Below, in pieces: positions 1 to 20,972 of a stretch of DNA of 64,000 nt. Source of the DNA: the human T2T-CHM13v2.0 reference genome, Homo sapiens. The stretch lies in NCBI RefSeq assembly GCF_009914755.1, contig NC_060927.1. One strand, 5' to 3'. Every line of letters starts with the position of its first letter. Position 1 is the first letter of the stretch. The notes under the pieces were generated by a model. The model worked only from the letters and a program-made list of their open reading frames with translations, ran no database searches and had not been told where the DNA came from. The position numbers and the translations under genes were made by a program.

Positions 1-544
1 CAAGGAAAGAAAGATTTAAAAAATGTGTTTAAATTAAAGCTTCTAAGAGGAATGAAGATAGTATATAACAGATTCGGCATCATAGTGTCACTAGTATATT
101 CAAATAGGTCAATGTCTTCCAGGAATTTTCATACCCTCTTTATTCTGTCCGTCAAAGTTGAGAGTGTGCAAGGAAAGGCAGCGGGGGAAGAACGAATGAA
201 CAAAAGAGGGAAGTACATGTATCTGGGGCTTAGGTGGGTAGAAAAAGAAAAACTGTATCCTTTTGTGTCTTTTGGTAACCATATTTTTCCCTATAAATCA
301 ATCAAATGCAGTTCCATATTTACGCCAAGCGTGACTGCTAAAGACAGCAAATAAAGGCATCTACTTAAATATGTCTACTTTTAAAAGCCTATTTTACACT
401 TATTGAATATACTTGCCAAACTTTTGTAACCACTACACATTCCTTTTCAAATCCTACTTTATTCTAGAATTTAAAAAGATTTTCATTGCACTTTTTTTTT
501 TATCAAAACGAAAACACATATTGAATGTACTGAAATAACTTTCA

Positions 545-700
<156 letters not shown>

Positions 701-1280
701 CTAGGCACGGTGATACGTGCCTGTAATCCCAGCTACTGGTGGGCTGAGGCAGGAAGATCACTTGAACCTGGGAGGCAGAGGCTGCAGTTAGCTGAGATTG
801 TGGCACTGCACTCCAGCCTGGGCAACAGAGAGAGACTCCGTCTCCAAAAAAAAAAAATCAAGCTTCAACAATATTAATGAAGATGCAAAATTTGAAAAAT
901 ATATAAAAAAAAGTCTACATTCTATTATACATCTAGGATTTAAAGAATATAAGATCCAATGTAATAATTGCCTGATTCAAATATATAGTGGATCAGTTGC
1001 CAAATTTAAACTGGCCAATCCAATTCAAACAGAAGACCAAAACATACACATGTGAATAAGCTATCTCAGTGAACAAAAAATACTGAATTTGATCAACTAT
1101 ATTTTTGTTCATTGAATGCTGTGACAAAATCTCATCTGAAACAACCATGTCACTATCACATGGCTAGTTAAGTAGTTATAGCTAGTTACACTATCACACT
1201 GCAAAAAAAATTCATTTTCTGAGGCTCTGACATCTCTGTAAAAACACATTTTAATATTAGGAGAAAAGAGAAATACTTAC

Positions 1281-1526
1281 GAGTAGCTGGTCAGTTTATC
1301 TAAGTTGTTGTGCATATTAAATGCATATGTTTCTCCTAAATCAAAGAGCTTCTCCAAAGCCTCGTAGATGAATATGATGCAAATAAGGGCTGCAAAAGCC
1401 TCTTCTGTAAATCGAGTAATATAACACACAAGGCTGCTTGCATCTGTTGCAACCAAAACAATGCACAAAAAAGAAGTCCACAGACCAATACTGGTTCTTA
1501 AAGACAGATAAGAAAGTTGATAATCT
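1281..1526 (-). CDS. SLC4A7: SLC4A7 coding exon, 246 nt (DYQLSYLSLRTSIGLW...TRFTEEAFAALI...LTSYS)
   Basis: ORF 1277-1561; TRFTEE motif; AG acceptor, GTAAGT donor. Confidence 0.97.
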
Positions 1527-2363
1527 CTGTTTAGAAAGAAAAATATGAATATGATAAACATATGTGGAATAGTATTTGTACCTAAAATTTTTCATTGCAA
1601 GCAATGGGAACAGCAAGAAAACACGATTCCTAAAAGAGAATGAATTACAGAATGACAAAATAACATCTAGAAATAACTCTATATCTTTTTCTGCTTCGGC
1701 TGAAGACTAGCTTATTAGTAGATTTATTATTAATAAATTAATTAGTATTAATTATTAATAGTTTATTACACTTATATAAAAGATTTACAGTGAAAATCTA
1801 CCAGGCGATAAATATTTCAAAATCATTACAGCTCACTTTATAAATCAGTTATGAGTAAATGACAGGTATGGTGTCTATATGAAAAAACAATTGCATCTTA
1901 CTCCCTCTAAAGATCCAGACGTCATATGTATCAATACAGTAACCAGCTCCAACATCATTACCATCACTACCACTACCCTCCTCTCCCACCATTATCACCA
2001 CAGAAAGTGATTTCTTATTTTAAACTTCAAGAAATTACCAGAATCTATACTTCGGGTCACTGCATTCTCTATTAGTCTATGTGGCATGCCAGATTGGAAT
2101 CAGATTAAGCTTGTTTAGTGAGTACAGAATCAGAAAAAGAGAGCTGGATCCATCAAATATGTAATAGCATCAAGTTGTTTCAAACTAAAATATACAAACT
2201 TCATTTATGTCACAAAAGGAAGAGTACTAGAGGCTGGGAGCAGTGGCTCACGCCTGTAATCCCAAACTTGGGGAGGCCGAGGCAGGTGGAACACTTGAGG
2301 TCAGTTTGAGACCAGCCTGGCCAGCATGGTTAAACTCCATCTCTACTGAAAATAAAACAATTA

Positions 2364-2570
<207 letters not shown>

Positions 2571-2969
2571 CTAACAGCTACAGTACCCTATATTCATTTC
2601 TACAGTGTGAACAACCTCACCAATGGAAACTGACACTTCACTGATTGCTTCAACCCAATTCAGATTAACACCTTCTTACTGGTTTAAATTTGTTAGCACA
2701 AAGGATTTGTATTTAGCCCTCAAGTGATCTGCTTATCAGCATTCAAATCCACTGATTTTATACTCAAGGACAATCTTACTTTCTTCATCTCCAAGTTACT
2801 GGATTAAGAATGGAAGGGGCCAGAGGATGGTCAATCATACAGTAGCTCAAAAATAATGAGAATGCATATATTGACCAAATTACTTTTAAGCAATTAAATA
2901 ATTCCCTTCTAAGTTAATAAACAATTTCATATAAAACACATGTGATAAGTAGAGAGGGCTATTACTTAC

Positions 2970-3103
2970 CTGCAGAATTTATATAAAATTTTTTCAAACA
3001 CTAGAACTGGACCTGTGCTCCCCAATATTGTTAGAGGTTGCCCAGCAAACAATGAATAGGCAATCCCAGTTAATGATGCTCCAAAAAGAGACTCTATTGC
3101 ACT
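2970..3103 (-). CDS. SLC4A7: SLC4A7 coding exon, 134 nt (SAIESLFGASLTGIAYSLFAGQPLTILGSTGPVLVFEK...)
   Basis: GQPLTILGSTGP anion-exchanger family motif; AG acceptor, GTAAGT donor. Confidence 0.97.
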
Positions 3104-3350
3104 CTGTTTAAGGAAAAAAGAAATGAATAAAAGCAATACATCATAAACATTTCTCTAACGTACTATAATACATGTAAGACATCTGGAAAATAAAAATACC
3201 CATCAAGCAGTTATAAAACCAACACCACTTTGAGTTTTTAATTTAAAATATAAAAAATTACAAATACATTTTAAATACACAAGAAAAAATGCTTTCTTTT
3301 TGCATATTAAAAAGAAACTTTTGTGATCATCCTTAATTCAAAACTCAATA

Positions 3351-3546
3351 CAGGCTGAGTATCCCTAATCCAAAACTCCACACTCCAAACTTTTTGAGTG
3401 CCAATACGACACTCAAAAGGAAATGCTCATTAGAGCACTTCAGATTTCAGATTAAGGATGTTCAACCAGAAGTATAATCCTAAAAAAAATCCAAAATCTG
3501 AACTACTCCTGGTTCGAAGCATTTCAGATAAGGGATACTCAACCTG
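3351..3546. mobile_element. MER46/Tigger4-type MITE
   Basis: TIRs caggctgagtatccct ... agggatactcaacctg. Confidence 0.75.
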
Positions 3547-5414
3547 TGCTGTGGGATGAAAGGAGCAAAGAGTAAATGGGAGAGACACATACTAGGGCTT
3601 CAACTTTATCTATATATGTTTTATTTCTTAAGTCTGTGAGTACAGAAGGATATGTATTATTTTGAATACTTTTATATGGCTGAAATAGTTCATTTTAAAA
3701 ATAAAAAATAGTAAATAATATGGTGCTACAAAAAAGAACTGCTATAAAAAGATCTTTCGAATAGGTGATAAATCAACATGTGACTATCTTTCTCAAACTG
3801 ATTTCTAAAGAGCAAAACTTTCCACATATTTTAAAGAAATTAATCTAATATGATAGGCTTAATCAATTATCAAAACTGAAATATTTAACAAAATAAATGA
3901 GAAAAATCTCCTCAAAAAAATTTATAGCAACCATAAATGACAAAGTATCACTAAAGTTTGGCAAGAAAAGATAGAGAAAATTAAAGACTAAGAGAATTTA
4001 AATCAACGTTAGTATACTAATTTTGTACAACCACCACCATTACATTCTAACTAATTAGGCTATCAGATGATTAGCTATGCCACTAGAAAAAGGGGGAAAG
4101 AATCAGAAAGTAAGGAAAGAATAGTTTACCATATACAAACATCAAGGTCAACTGGAACGTACTATCCAGAAAAGCCAGCCCATTAATTGGTAAAGGGAAG
4201 GAGAAAAGAAGCTCGTAAGAAACAATCCTGCTGAAATGAGAGGCAGCGCAGCAACAGGCAAAGAGGAGGGCTTCTGAAACTAGATTTCCAGTGGGAAGAC
4301 TGACTGCTACTAGGTGTTCAGCCATGGCCATATCTTAACCTTTCTAAGCCTAAGCTTTCTCACTTTGAAATGGGGGTGATGATAACTAGAACATAAATAT
4401 TATTTGCAAAAACACCTAGCAAGCATGGTGTCTGGCACACAGAATATAGTCAATGAATAGGTAGCAATTCTCATCATCAGCTAGAACAGCATCTTCCAAA
4501 ATCAAAAATCACAAAATGACAGTATGCAATGAAAGTATAATTCAACTATTAGAATAAAAACAGGATCAAACTCAAAGATAAACAAATTTATCTTTTGGCA
4601 GCATAAAGGAGAAGTGTCCGTGTTAATGACACATTTGTTAATTATATGGGCTAAATTTGTTTTCTTGTCTGTGGAGAAAAATGTTCTTAAAAGACACTGC
4701 TAAGCCATCATAAAATCCTTAGTTCAATTACAATAAGCATATTTAGGAATGAATTTATGCAGAGCTTAAGTCAAAGGAAAAAAATGGGCCGGGCACCATG
4801 GCTCACGCCTATAACACAAGCACTTTGGGAAGCCGAGGTGGGTGGATTGTTTTGAGCCCAGGAGTTCAAGAACAACCTGGGCAACATGGCAAAAGCTGGT
4901 CTCTACAAAAAAATACAAAAAATTAGCTAGGCGTGGTGGTACACACCTATAGTCCCAGCTACTCCGGAGGTTATGAGGGAAGTCCAGTGAGGTCAAAACT
5001 ACAGAGAGCTGAGATCATGCCACTGCACTCTAGCCTGAGTGACACAGTGAGACCCTGTCTCAAAAAAACAAAAAGCAGAAACAAAGGAAAAAAATGTCTA
5101 AATGGTATACATACAGAGAAAAAAAGCAAAACATTGAGACATGAAGCAAGGAGATGTCAAAAAAGACATTAACACAGGCAAATCGGTATAAAATTAAGGT
5201 TCCCCTCTCCTAATCTTGGGCTGAAAAGCAGATATTGCCATATGAAGACCTTTTTTTTTTTTTTTTCTAATTTTTGAACTGTTTCTATGTTCACTGCCAT
5301 ACTGTTACCTGTCTTTTCCCCTAAAGAAATCACAGCCTGGCTAGGCACGGTGGCTCACGCCTGTAATCCCAGCACTTTGGGAGGCTGAGGTGGGCAGATC
5401 ACGAGGTCACATTA

Positions 5415-5706
<292 letters not shown>

Positions 5707-7493
5707 CTACCCTTACCTTCCCCTCACACACCTATAAATACACCTTCTCTACTGTACTACCCTTTCAAATCATCAAATACTCCTGCTAATCTTCCCTCCT
5801 CAAAACCTCTAGTTTGGTTTTCACAGAATTTCATCATTCTGATTCCTCTTCTAGGTCTGTGTGTCTAATTTGCTGAAATCATTTTCCTCCTCCATCCCAT
5901 CCCTCCTTCATTCCATAAATCTGGGTAATTTCACACTTTTCCCCTCTCCTTCTCTCCCTGTAAATTATCTTTCTTGTTAACTTCCTCTATTCTATTTCAA
6001 CCTTCACTCCTATATAAACGATTCCCAATCTTTACATTTCCTCCTCACCACTCTACACACTCTGGGACCGTATCTCCTAATATCTCCATTTCCACCTGAA
6101 GTTCTAATAAAGCACCTGATAACTAATACATATCCTTTTCACTTTCTTCTATAATATTTCTGCTTCCTCTATTTCTATTACTTCAAATCCTACAGCTCTT
6201 CCTTTATCTCACTCACGTGTGGCAAAGCACTATGTATATACTATTTTGTCTTTTTCACTTAATCACTTTTGTCTTTTTCACTTTTTTCACTTAGAATCCT
6301 TGAGGACAGGAGATACTGGCTCTTCTTACACTTATCTATATTCCTCCAATGCCAAACACATTGTCACATGTACAAGATATCAAATAGCAAGATTAGATGG
6401 GCAGGTAATGAATGACAGTCCACGGACAAAGAGGCAGCAATTCCATGATGGTAACAGATAAAACACATTTCCATGGGGACTAGCAGAGTGACATGCACAA
6501 TTTGTGACAGCACATAAAGCAACTTACTAAAAATATGGACCTTTGATACAATGATTAAAGACTAAGGTAAAAAGATTTTACATAATCCAAAATAAATTCA
6601 GAGTTGAAAGAAAATTTCAGTTGTTAGGTTTATTTCATGTTTAGATCATGAAATATTTTAATTCGATAATTATCATGCCTTAGCTTTGGTTATTTTTTAA
6701 CCTTTGATCTATAAAAAAATGAATGTTCTCCCAAGAATAAATACAATTAAGTAAAATGCACTTAAGAATTACAAATCGTCTCATTTAAATGCCATTAAAA
6801 TGCATATCAACAACAACAAAGAAATGCCTTTCAAGATTTTACAAAGCACCATAGCTCTGAATACAGTATAACCAGGAACATGAAAACATAAAAACTTTCA
6901 TTTTAGTCATATCAAAGAATGGATGAAGCTTTCAATTATATTTTCCAAATAAAAGTTTTAGCTATTTTCACATAGACTTAATAACAGCAAAATTAAATGC
7001 CACTTCAAAAAGCCACAGTTTCCATAATTATGTTCTATTCTTCCAGTCGAGTATAGGCTTACCAGCCAGGACTGAGGAGTTAATATTCATCCTGTGGCTC
7101 TAACTAATCCTATGATACCTTACAGGATATGAAGTAGCCCCACTGATAAAAACCCCCATGACCCACCCAGAATCAGTTCAACTGTTGTCTTCTCCCAGTC
7201 CACCCCACCTCAAAAGACAATCCAAGCCTTTTACTCAATTTATAAAACCATTCATCCAGCAAGCCAAAGTAAACTTTTTTTTAATTTTTTTTTACCTCAA
7301 CTGTGCATCTTCTGTTCAAATGGCTTCCCCATGTTTTCCACAGCAATTACCTTTGGGGAAAGTCTGCTTTGGGTCACGTTAATCATGCTGTGGGTAGACT
7401 CTTCAAATAAAAGTATGAATAGTGAGACAAATGCATACAGACACTTGCCTCTGAAGAGCTAAAAGCCTGGCCACTACCAATCTTTGTACTCAC

Positions 7494-7668
7494 TATTCTG
7501 CCTTCTGTAGCTTCTCCAAGCAGCCCTCCAAAAGTGATTACAGGAGACATACAGGCACAGTATAGGAAAAGAATCGAGGCCAGGCACTGCAGGCTTAATG
7601 CATCCTTGAAGTCACTCAAGAAAAAAGGTGCTTTCCTTTTGATGTCAAGTATCAAACCACCAAAAAGC
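7494..7668 (-). CDS. SLC4A7: SLC4A7 coding exon, 175 nt ([16 protein letters not shown]...TM1...ATEGRI)
   Basis: ORF 7383-7655; AG acceptor, GTGAGT donor. Confidence 0.97.
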
Positions 7669-9779
7669 CTAAATAGGTGAGATGAAACTCGTCAAACTGT
7701 ACACTAGAGGATTCTAGCTACTTCAAACTAAAACTATGGGCTACACAAAACTGCTGGTGCCTAGGTGTTTTGTCAACAAAATGTTAAATCCAATTTAACT
7801 TATAAATTACAGAAGATACACTCATTTAATCTAATCTAATGATAGAGGAATGTTATATTTCATTAAGAGACAAATATCTGTATTTTACTGACTATATAAT
7901 GAAAAGACTGCAGGCAAATGATTTTATATGAGTAAATGTAATTTTGGACACAAATGTGCAAGGCAAGGTATAACAAAATAAACAAAACCCAACAACCCAT
8001 TTATGAAAATGTGCATAAGCAATTCTATTAATTGTCTATATTAAAATCTTAAAGGCAACAATCACAAATACAAGGAAGGCAATTATTATCCAAATACACT
8101 TTAATATAAATGTAGTATGTTGTGCTTAGATGCACAAGTGGTATGAATTCAGTAACTTTAAAAACTTTCAAAACTAGTACTTCAATCGTATAAAAGGGGG
8201 AAAGAAATCCCTAAAAACTATTTCAGTATATTTAATTTACTGTGTATGTAGACAAACTAATATGTACATTAATAAAACTAACAGGTTTCAATTAGTAGAT
8301 TAAAAATCTGTTTGTACATCAAAGCTGTACCATTTCAACATTTTTAACAATTAGTCTTTTGGATACATCTAACTTGAAGACATTCCAATAAAATATAAGC
8401 TCCATGAGGGGAGACTTTTTCTTGTTCACTGCGTTATCTACAGTGTCTAGAACACTACCTGGGAAATAGTAGGCACTCAACAAACACTGGTGACTAAATC
8501 AGTAATTCGTTTTAATACTCAAAAAACAGAAAATCATTCAAATCCCAACTGCAAGAAAATTGACCAAAAAAACTAACATTAAGCTTTCAAATGGATATTT
8601 CAAGCTTTACCGTTGTAATTTTTTTAAGTTGATACTGAAATCCTAAACACAAATTGACAAGTAGTACTCTGTTCATAATCTGACAGCAAGGGAAATCAGC
8701 TTGCAATAAAAAAGGTGCCATCAATAATCTAAAATATGAATCTACAGTATATCATCAAATTGATAATTACTTAATAGAGGGCATACAGATGCTCTCAGGT
8801 GACTGAGATCAGTGGAGGCCTGACACAGTGCTTCTCAATGACTAACCCTATCCCAGTATGAAGAAGCGATAATAGCTAATAATACAACAGTACTGTTCAC
8901 ACAGGGTCAAAATCTTTTCTCTATTGTATTCACAGAGACAAAAACACTTCATTAGTCAATGAATTAATTGTGAATTTCAGTTTCTCTAAAGTCTATATTC
9001 AGTATGCCAGTTACTTATTTTTATGATATAGTACCCTTTAAGGATGTCATCAAAATCCCTAAGATTGTATCTGTATAAGATTCCCTGTTTTTTTTACACA
9101 AAGATTTAATATTTAAGATTATTTAATTCCATACTGACCACCAGTGGACAATAAAGAATCAATAGCCACATGCTTTTCCACATTATGAAAATACTATAAC
9201 ATTTATCTACTTCTACAAAATATTAAGGCAATGTTTGCATCTGCCAATATTTCTATTTTTTGTTACAAAAATTAACTTCTTAAACAATTTTTCTAGCTAG
9301 GTTTCCAGAGAGCAATACAATGGTTTAATCATGCTTGTCCATGGAAGATTACCTCATGATATAATGCTCATTTAAGAGTTTTAAATCTGTGCACATATAC
9401 AAAGAAATTATTAGTTGTAATTACTCTCTGTTCCCATAATTCTCTAACTCAGTATGAAGAATTATAATAAGACTCTACACCTTCTTCAAGAACCTTCTGT
9501 ATAAGCAATGGAAATTAACCTACACACTATATAACTGCAATATTCTGAATATACAGTCCATTATTTTCCTTTTAAAGCTTGATACATACTGTTAAAATTA
9601 TTTATAAATTCTTATATATTTATACATATAAATTTTCCTTATATATAATAATGCACATTTTTATACATATGAAAAAATACTGTACAAGATTAGGTTCCAA
9701 ACACTTGGAAAAAATATAATATTTATGTTTTCATCAAATCATCCCCCAAACCCTTCAAAATATCAGTATTTGCACCCAC

Positions 9780-9886
9780 CGTCCAGTCCTCTGTAGCTCA
9801 GGCCCAGCATGATGAGCGGCCTCTTTAGGAGTCTCACCCAGTGTGGGGGTAGATCCATTGTGAAACACAGGAATCTTTCTCTTTTC
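9780..9886 (-). CDS. SLC4A7: SLC4A7 coding exon, 107 nt (EKRKIPVFHNG...GPELQRTGR)
   Basis: Manual translation; AG acceptor, GTGGGT donor. Confidence 0.95.
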
Positions 9887-10828
9887 CTGAATTTCACAAA
9901 AAACATTATTTTCAGAATTCTATTTTAAGAAAACTTGAGATGGCATCTTCAATTAGAGTGAATATCAGATTTTATATTGATTATGTATCTAATCAGTTCT
10001 CCTAGAAAAGAATGGTTCCTAAAATAAACTCTCTTCTGAAATAGATTGCTCTTTAAAAATAGAAGCTAATGTCAGTTTCTATTAATATTTTAAATTTGCA
10101 ATTAGCTTTTTGCATCTTATGTTCTAATTATCAATATACTATAAAATATATTCATACATACCATTTCAAATTCCTATTCACCAATAGCTACAAACGTAAG
10201 TAACCTCCAAAAAAGCATCTCTCCCACCAAAACTTTAAAAATACTGCTCCTATTAACTATTGAAAATTACGCTTTACATTAAGAGAAAAGCAAATGTCAT
10301 TTTTCTTCTACTAAAGTATTTCCCTTAAAAAATAAGAGCTGTTTGATAAACATGTTCCCACAAAAATCCACTTCCCATTACATTTTATTACAAATTCAAG
10401 AGTACTATTCACATGATACAGGATTTCTCCCCCTCTGTTAAAGACAAAGAAATGAACTTTTAACTTGTTACATCAAGAGATGCTGGGGCTAAAAATATGT
10501 GTGAGCATGTGCACATACAAGAGGAAAGATGGTAGGAAAGATGGAAGAAAAGGAAACAGAGAGGTAAAGGGAAAGGGAGACAGAGATCTGTCATCCCAGG
10601 AGGTTTACTGGGTCAAAGGCTCTAGGTGAATAAAAGACTTAGGCTACCTGGTTTACATGCTCCATATTTAGAGAGTAGCAAGGCTCATCTACAAATATAA
10701 GACTGCCATTTGAAAACGTCAAAATCTCACTTACAAAATTTCAATTTTCAAACTTACATCTTAAAGAGGAAAGGGATAAAATTTTAGACTCCTAGGAAAC
10801 AAAAATAATTTTAAAAACTACAAATTAT

Positions 10829-10944
10829 AAAAGTAATTGTGGTTTTGGCTATTATTTTTAATTTATCATTTAACTGATTTAATCATTTAATTGAATTGAT
10901 TAAAAATAATGGCCAAAGCCACAATTACTTTTGTGCCAACCTAA
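10829..10944. mobile_element. MADE1 (Hsmar1 MITE), left end truncated, expanded AT-rich centre
   Basis: aaagtaattgtggttttggc ... caattacttttgtgccaacctaa. Confidence 0.8.
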
Positions 10945-11049
10945 TAAAACCCATGAGACCCAGCCAAAGCACATTCAAGAAAATTAAGCAATTATATTAA
11001 GAGAAATGAAACAAGGAAAAAAAAGTGAATTAAACAACTACCTCAGAAA

Positions 11050-16450
<5,401 letters not shown>

Positions 16451-16618
16451 AAAACTAGTAAAAAATGGTCCACCCACAGGAGGTAAGTATGGGGGTAAGA
16501 AGGTAAACAGGACGAGGTGGGGATAAAACTTCTCTGTTTTGGTTTTTGAATCACACCTAATCAAAAAAAATTTTATTAAAATAAAGTAAGTCACAGAAGA
16601 ATAGCTCTGGATTCTTAC

Positions 16619-16765
16619 CTGAGAAGGGACACTTTTTGGTGGTTCTATGCGTATAGAAGGATCCCACTCTCCTGGAGGTAGGACAGTTACTTGATCTAAA
16701 AATTCATCAATTCCAGATAAGAGGTCATTTCTGTCTTTTGCTTTATAAGCTACATCATGGAAAAT
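16619..16765 (-). CDS. SLC4A7: SLC4A7 coding exon, 147 nt ([49 protein letters not shown])
   Basis: VLPPGEWDP motif; AG/GT boundaries. Confidence 0.96.
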
Positions 16766-17541
16766 CTAAGTGAAAAAAATATTGAGTAAAAGATTTTAAA
16801 GTTGAAAAAAATTTCTACACATAGTAAATCCACTCTGGATATCATAAATAGCTTCACAATAAAGATAACCCCTAAACTCTTATCTCAGGCAGGTATTCAG
16901 CCCAGCCTGGGTAACAACTATAAAAGGTAATCCACTCAGTATTATCAGATGAATTAACAATAACAAACAATGAAAGAGAACAGTTACATGTTAAGACAGA
17001 ACAATTTTTTAAAAATAAAATTTTGCCTGGGAAATAGTAATTGATTAGAAAATAAAACACTGTAGCGTGTCATTCTACTTCTATGACATTTAAATGTCAT
17101 TTATCCTAAGAAAATAATCATGGATATGCAAACAACTTTACTTAAATAATTTATTTAATGACCAATATTTACTGGCTACCTACTAACTGCTAAAATACAA
17201 TTCTAAGCATTGTGGATAATGCAATGGTGACAGGTAAGGCAAGGTCCCTATACTCAAGAACCTTTTTTTCTAGGAGGAAAAACAGTGAAACGCGTTATTA
17301 AATAAATAAATAATTATAGGTATTGATAGACGCTCTGATAAAAAGAAAGTAGGGTACAGAAAGGGAAACTGATGGGAAAGAACAAAGGAGCCAGGAAAAT
17401 TCTCTTAAAGGAGGTAACTGACCAGGCACGGTGGCTCATGCCTGTAATTCCCGCACTTTGGGAGGCCGAGGCAGGCGGATCGCCTGATGTCAGGAGTTTG
17501 AGACCAGCCTTGCCAACATGGTGACACCCCATCTCTACTAA

Positions 17542-17775
<234 letters not shown>

Positions 17776-18831
17776 TAAATTTAAATTTCACTATATGATA
17801 GGAAGTCATTAATATCTTTGGACTAAGGAAATGATACATTCAAATTTGCATGTTACTGAGAGTGTAGAGAAAAATACTATACAATAAATACTCATAAAGG
17901 CTACTTGAATCAACAAATAAAAGGCTAAGCCAGAGAAATGGCAGTAGAGATGGAAAGAATATGACAGATTAAATGCAAAACACATTGAAGAGGTAAAAAG
18001 AATCTGGTGACTGGCTGGTTGAAAGAGGACAGAAAAATGTGACAGGCGCGGTGGCTCACGCCTGTAATCCCAGCACTTTGGGAGGCCGAGGCGGGCAGAT
18101 CACAAGGTCAGGAGATTGAGACCATCCTGGCCAACACGGTGAAACCCCGTCTCTACTAAAAATACAGAAAAATTAGCTGGGCATGGTGGGGTGCACCTGT
18201 AGTCCCAGCTACTCGGGAGGCTGAGGCAGGAGAATTGCAGTGAGCCGAGATTGCACCACTGCACTCCAGCCTGGCAACAGAGTGAGACTCTGTCTCAAAA
18301 AAAAAAGAAAAGAAAAGAAAAAGAAAAAGAAAAATTAGGTCAGGTTCAGATATGGGGCATTTCAAATACCCTTGGGACACACAGCACTGATGTTTGGCAA
18401 GAATCTGATTACAAATCTCTCTTCAAAAGAAAGACAAGGTCCTGATTAGTATGTAGGTTATCGTCAAAGATCGGGACCCCATATCAGAGAAATTTACAGG
18501 AAAAAAAATGTTCTGAGGAAAACCTAGAGAAATGATATGCTGAAATCTAGGATAAAAAAAATCCCAAAATTTCGAAAGTTCAAGAAGGTAGTCAATAATT
18601 ACAAATGTTTAAAACAAAAAAAAATTTTTAAATACCCACTGATCTTGATATAAAGGTCTTAAAAACCTAACCGAAGGCAAATAGGAGAAGCAAATATGAG
18701 ATAAAACAGTATACACAGCAAGGAAAAGTTTTAGAGCTTCACTATGAAAGAAAAGAGAACTGTAATCTAATATATACTATATGCTGCATAATTAGTGTCT
18801 ACTTCAAAGAGACTTGGAGTATTCTGATTAC

Positions 18832-18919
18832 CTCATCTGTCATGAGAGTGGCTATTGATCGTCCAATTTCATGGTACTGTGGTGCCTTGCCCGCTGGACC
18901 CAATAACAAAAACAAAAAC
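18832..18919 (-). CDS. SLC4A7: SLC4A7 coding exon, 88 nt ([29 protein letters not shown])
   Basis: YHEIGR SLC4 motif; AG/GT boundaries. Confidence 0.96.
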
Positions 18920-19330
18920 CTAAGGAAATATGAAAATACAGATTTTAAAATAAACATCATACACCCACAAAGCTAGGCAATCATAAAAAAGAAACCATTC
19001 AAATATAAACAAAGAAACAACACTCAGACATCTTTTCTACTCCCCCACACCAATCACTGAAAAAAGATGGCAACTCCACCTGGACTAAAGGAAATCAGAA
19101 AACTAGGAAAAGCAACCATAATTAACTACCAAATCAACCTTCTACCAAACTCCTGACCTCAGGTGATCCACCCACCTTGGCCTCCCAAAGTGCTGGAATT
19201 ACAGCAGTGAGCCACTGTGCCCAGCCGATATTTATTTTATTGTACTTTTTAGTTCCAGGAAGAAAATGATTTTATGCCCTATTCACAGGAGTCTTATATT
19301 CAAAGTATTTGGTACAGTGGCTGAATATTA

Positions 19331-19657
<327 letters not shown>

Positions 19658-19753
19658 TTATTACATAAATCAACATGCTTGTTCATTCGCTGGATTAAAA
19701 ACTTGTAGATTTTGAAAATGCTTAGAGAATGTTACTTGGAACTAACTCTTTAC

Positions 19754-19911
19754 CTGGTTGGAACAGGGACCTCAGTCAACCCTGTAAGGAGGACAGCAGG
19801 AGCCAGTCTCACAAATGCAATTATTGGCCTTTCCAAAAAGTCTACTTCGCCCACCAGGACGTTGGATGCCTCAGCACCCGTAGGAATTTTTCTCATGAAA
19901 TTCATATCAAC
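19754..19911 (-). CDS. SLC4A7: SLC4A7 coding exon, 158 nt ([26 protein letters not shown]...VPVPTR)
   Basis: Manual translation; AG/GT boundaries. Confidence 0.96.
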
Positions 19912-20912
19912 CTATTGACAAATAAATAATTAAAAATAAAGTTTCCGTGGTATTTGTAAGACTAGAGAGAAACAGGAAAGAAAAACTGCTTTATAAGACT
20001 ACTATTTGCTAATCAAAACTTGTGATCTAATGAATGTTTAAAATGTCAAAATTTTCACAACTATAAAGAATGGAGTAGACATACAAAAAAGCAAGCAAAC
20101 TTATTTGAATCAATGCTACTGTTTTAACTGTCACAATCTTTATCAAACATGAACTTGAGAAATTTTTCAATGAATACTGCACTATTCATTAAAAACTATT
20201 AAGGACAAATATGTAGTTCACAAACTAACAATGGTTCATGAAATTATACACAGTGCTAAAAAATATTCATGGTTTTATATTACTTAACCTTAGAAAACCT
20301 TTACATTTTATGTAAAGTCCCCCTAAAAACAAACCAAAAAATTACTCTGGGCATTTCCCAGTCTTTTCATTAACTGGAAAAAAAATCATTACTTTTATTT
20401 CATTAGTAGTATTTTTGAGACAAGGTCTTACTCTATTGCCCAGGCTGGAGTGCAGTGGCAGGAACATAGCTCACTGTAAACCTCAAAATCCTGGACTTAA
20501 GCAATCCTCGCACCTTGGCCTCCCGAGTAGCTGAGACTACAGGCATGCGCTACCACGCCTGGCTAATTTTTGTTGTTTTTTTGTAGAGGTGGGGGGCTTG
20601 CTATATTGCCCAGGCTGGTCTTGAACTCCTGGCCAAGTGATTCTCTTGCCTCAGCCTCCCAAAACACAGGGATTACAGGCATGAATTACTATGCCTGGCC
20701 CCTTGTTTTTATTTAAAACAAAAATCTATAGCCCTTATTGGCACAGATATATGATAATGCTATAATAGTAAAATTTAGCTTTCTGTGTATAATTACAAGG
20801 AAAAGGTTACACATGATACCAAATTATGTGAACTTCATTTATATGCAGTTTCACACAAGTCACTAAACAACCACTTACAGGGCTATCTATGAAAAGTAAA
20901 ACCAGCACTTAC

Positions 20913-20972
20913 AGCGGGCCTCTTGAGTCCCACACCCAGTGTGCCACAACTACAGTGCCAGGAGGCAGACTC
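20913..20972 (-). CDS. SLC4A7: SLC4A7 optional cassette IV exon, 60 nt (ESASWHCSCGTLGVGLKRPA)
   Basis: Within ORF 20883-21068; gggcag acceptor, GTAAGT donor; phase 0-0; 20 aa as known for cassette IV. Confidence 0.85.

Noticed and set aside
25-354. 109-aa plus-strand ORF
   Set aside because: Non-ATG start, no recognisable homology, antisense intronic
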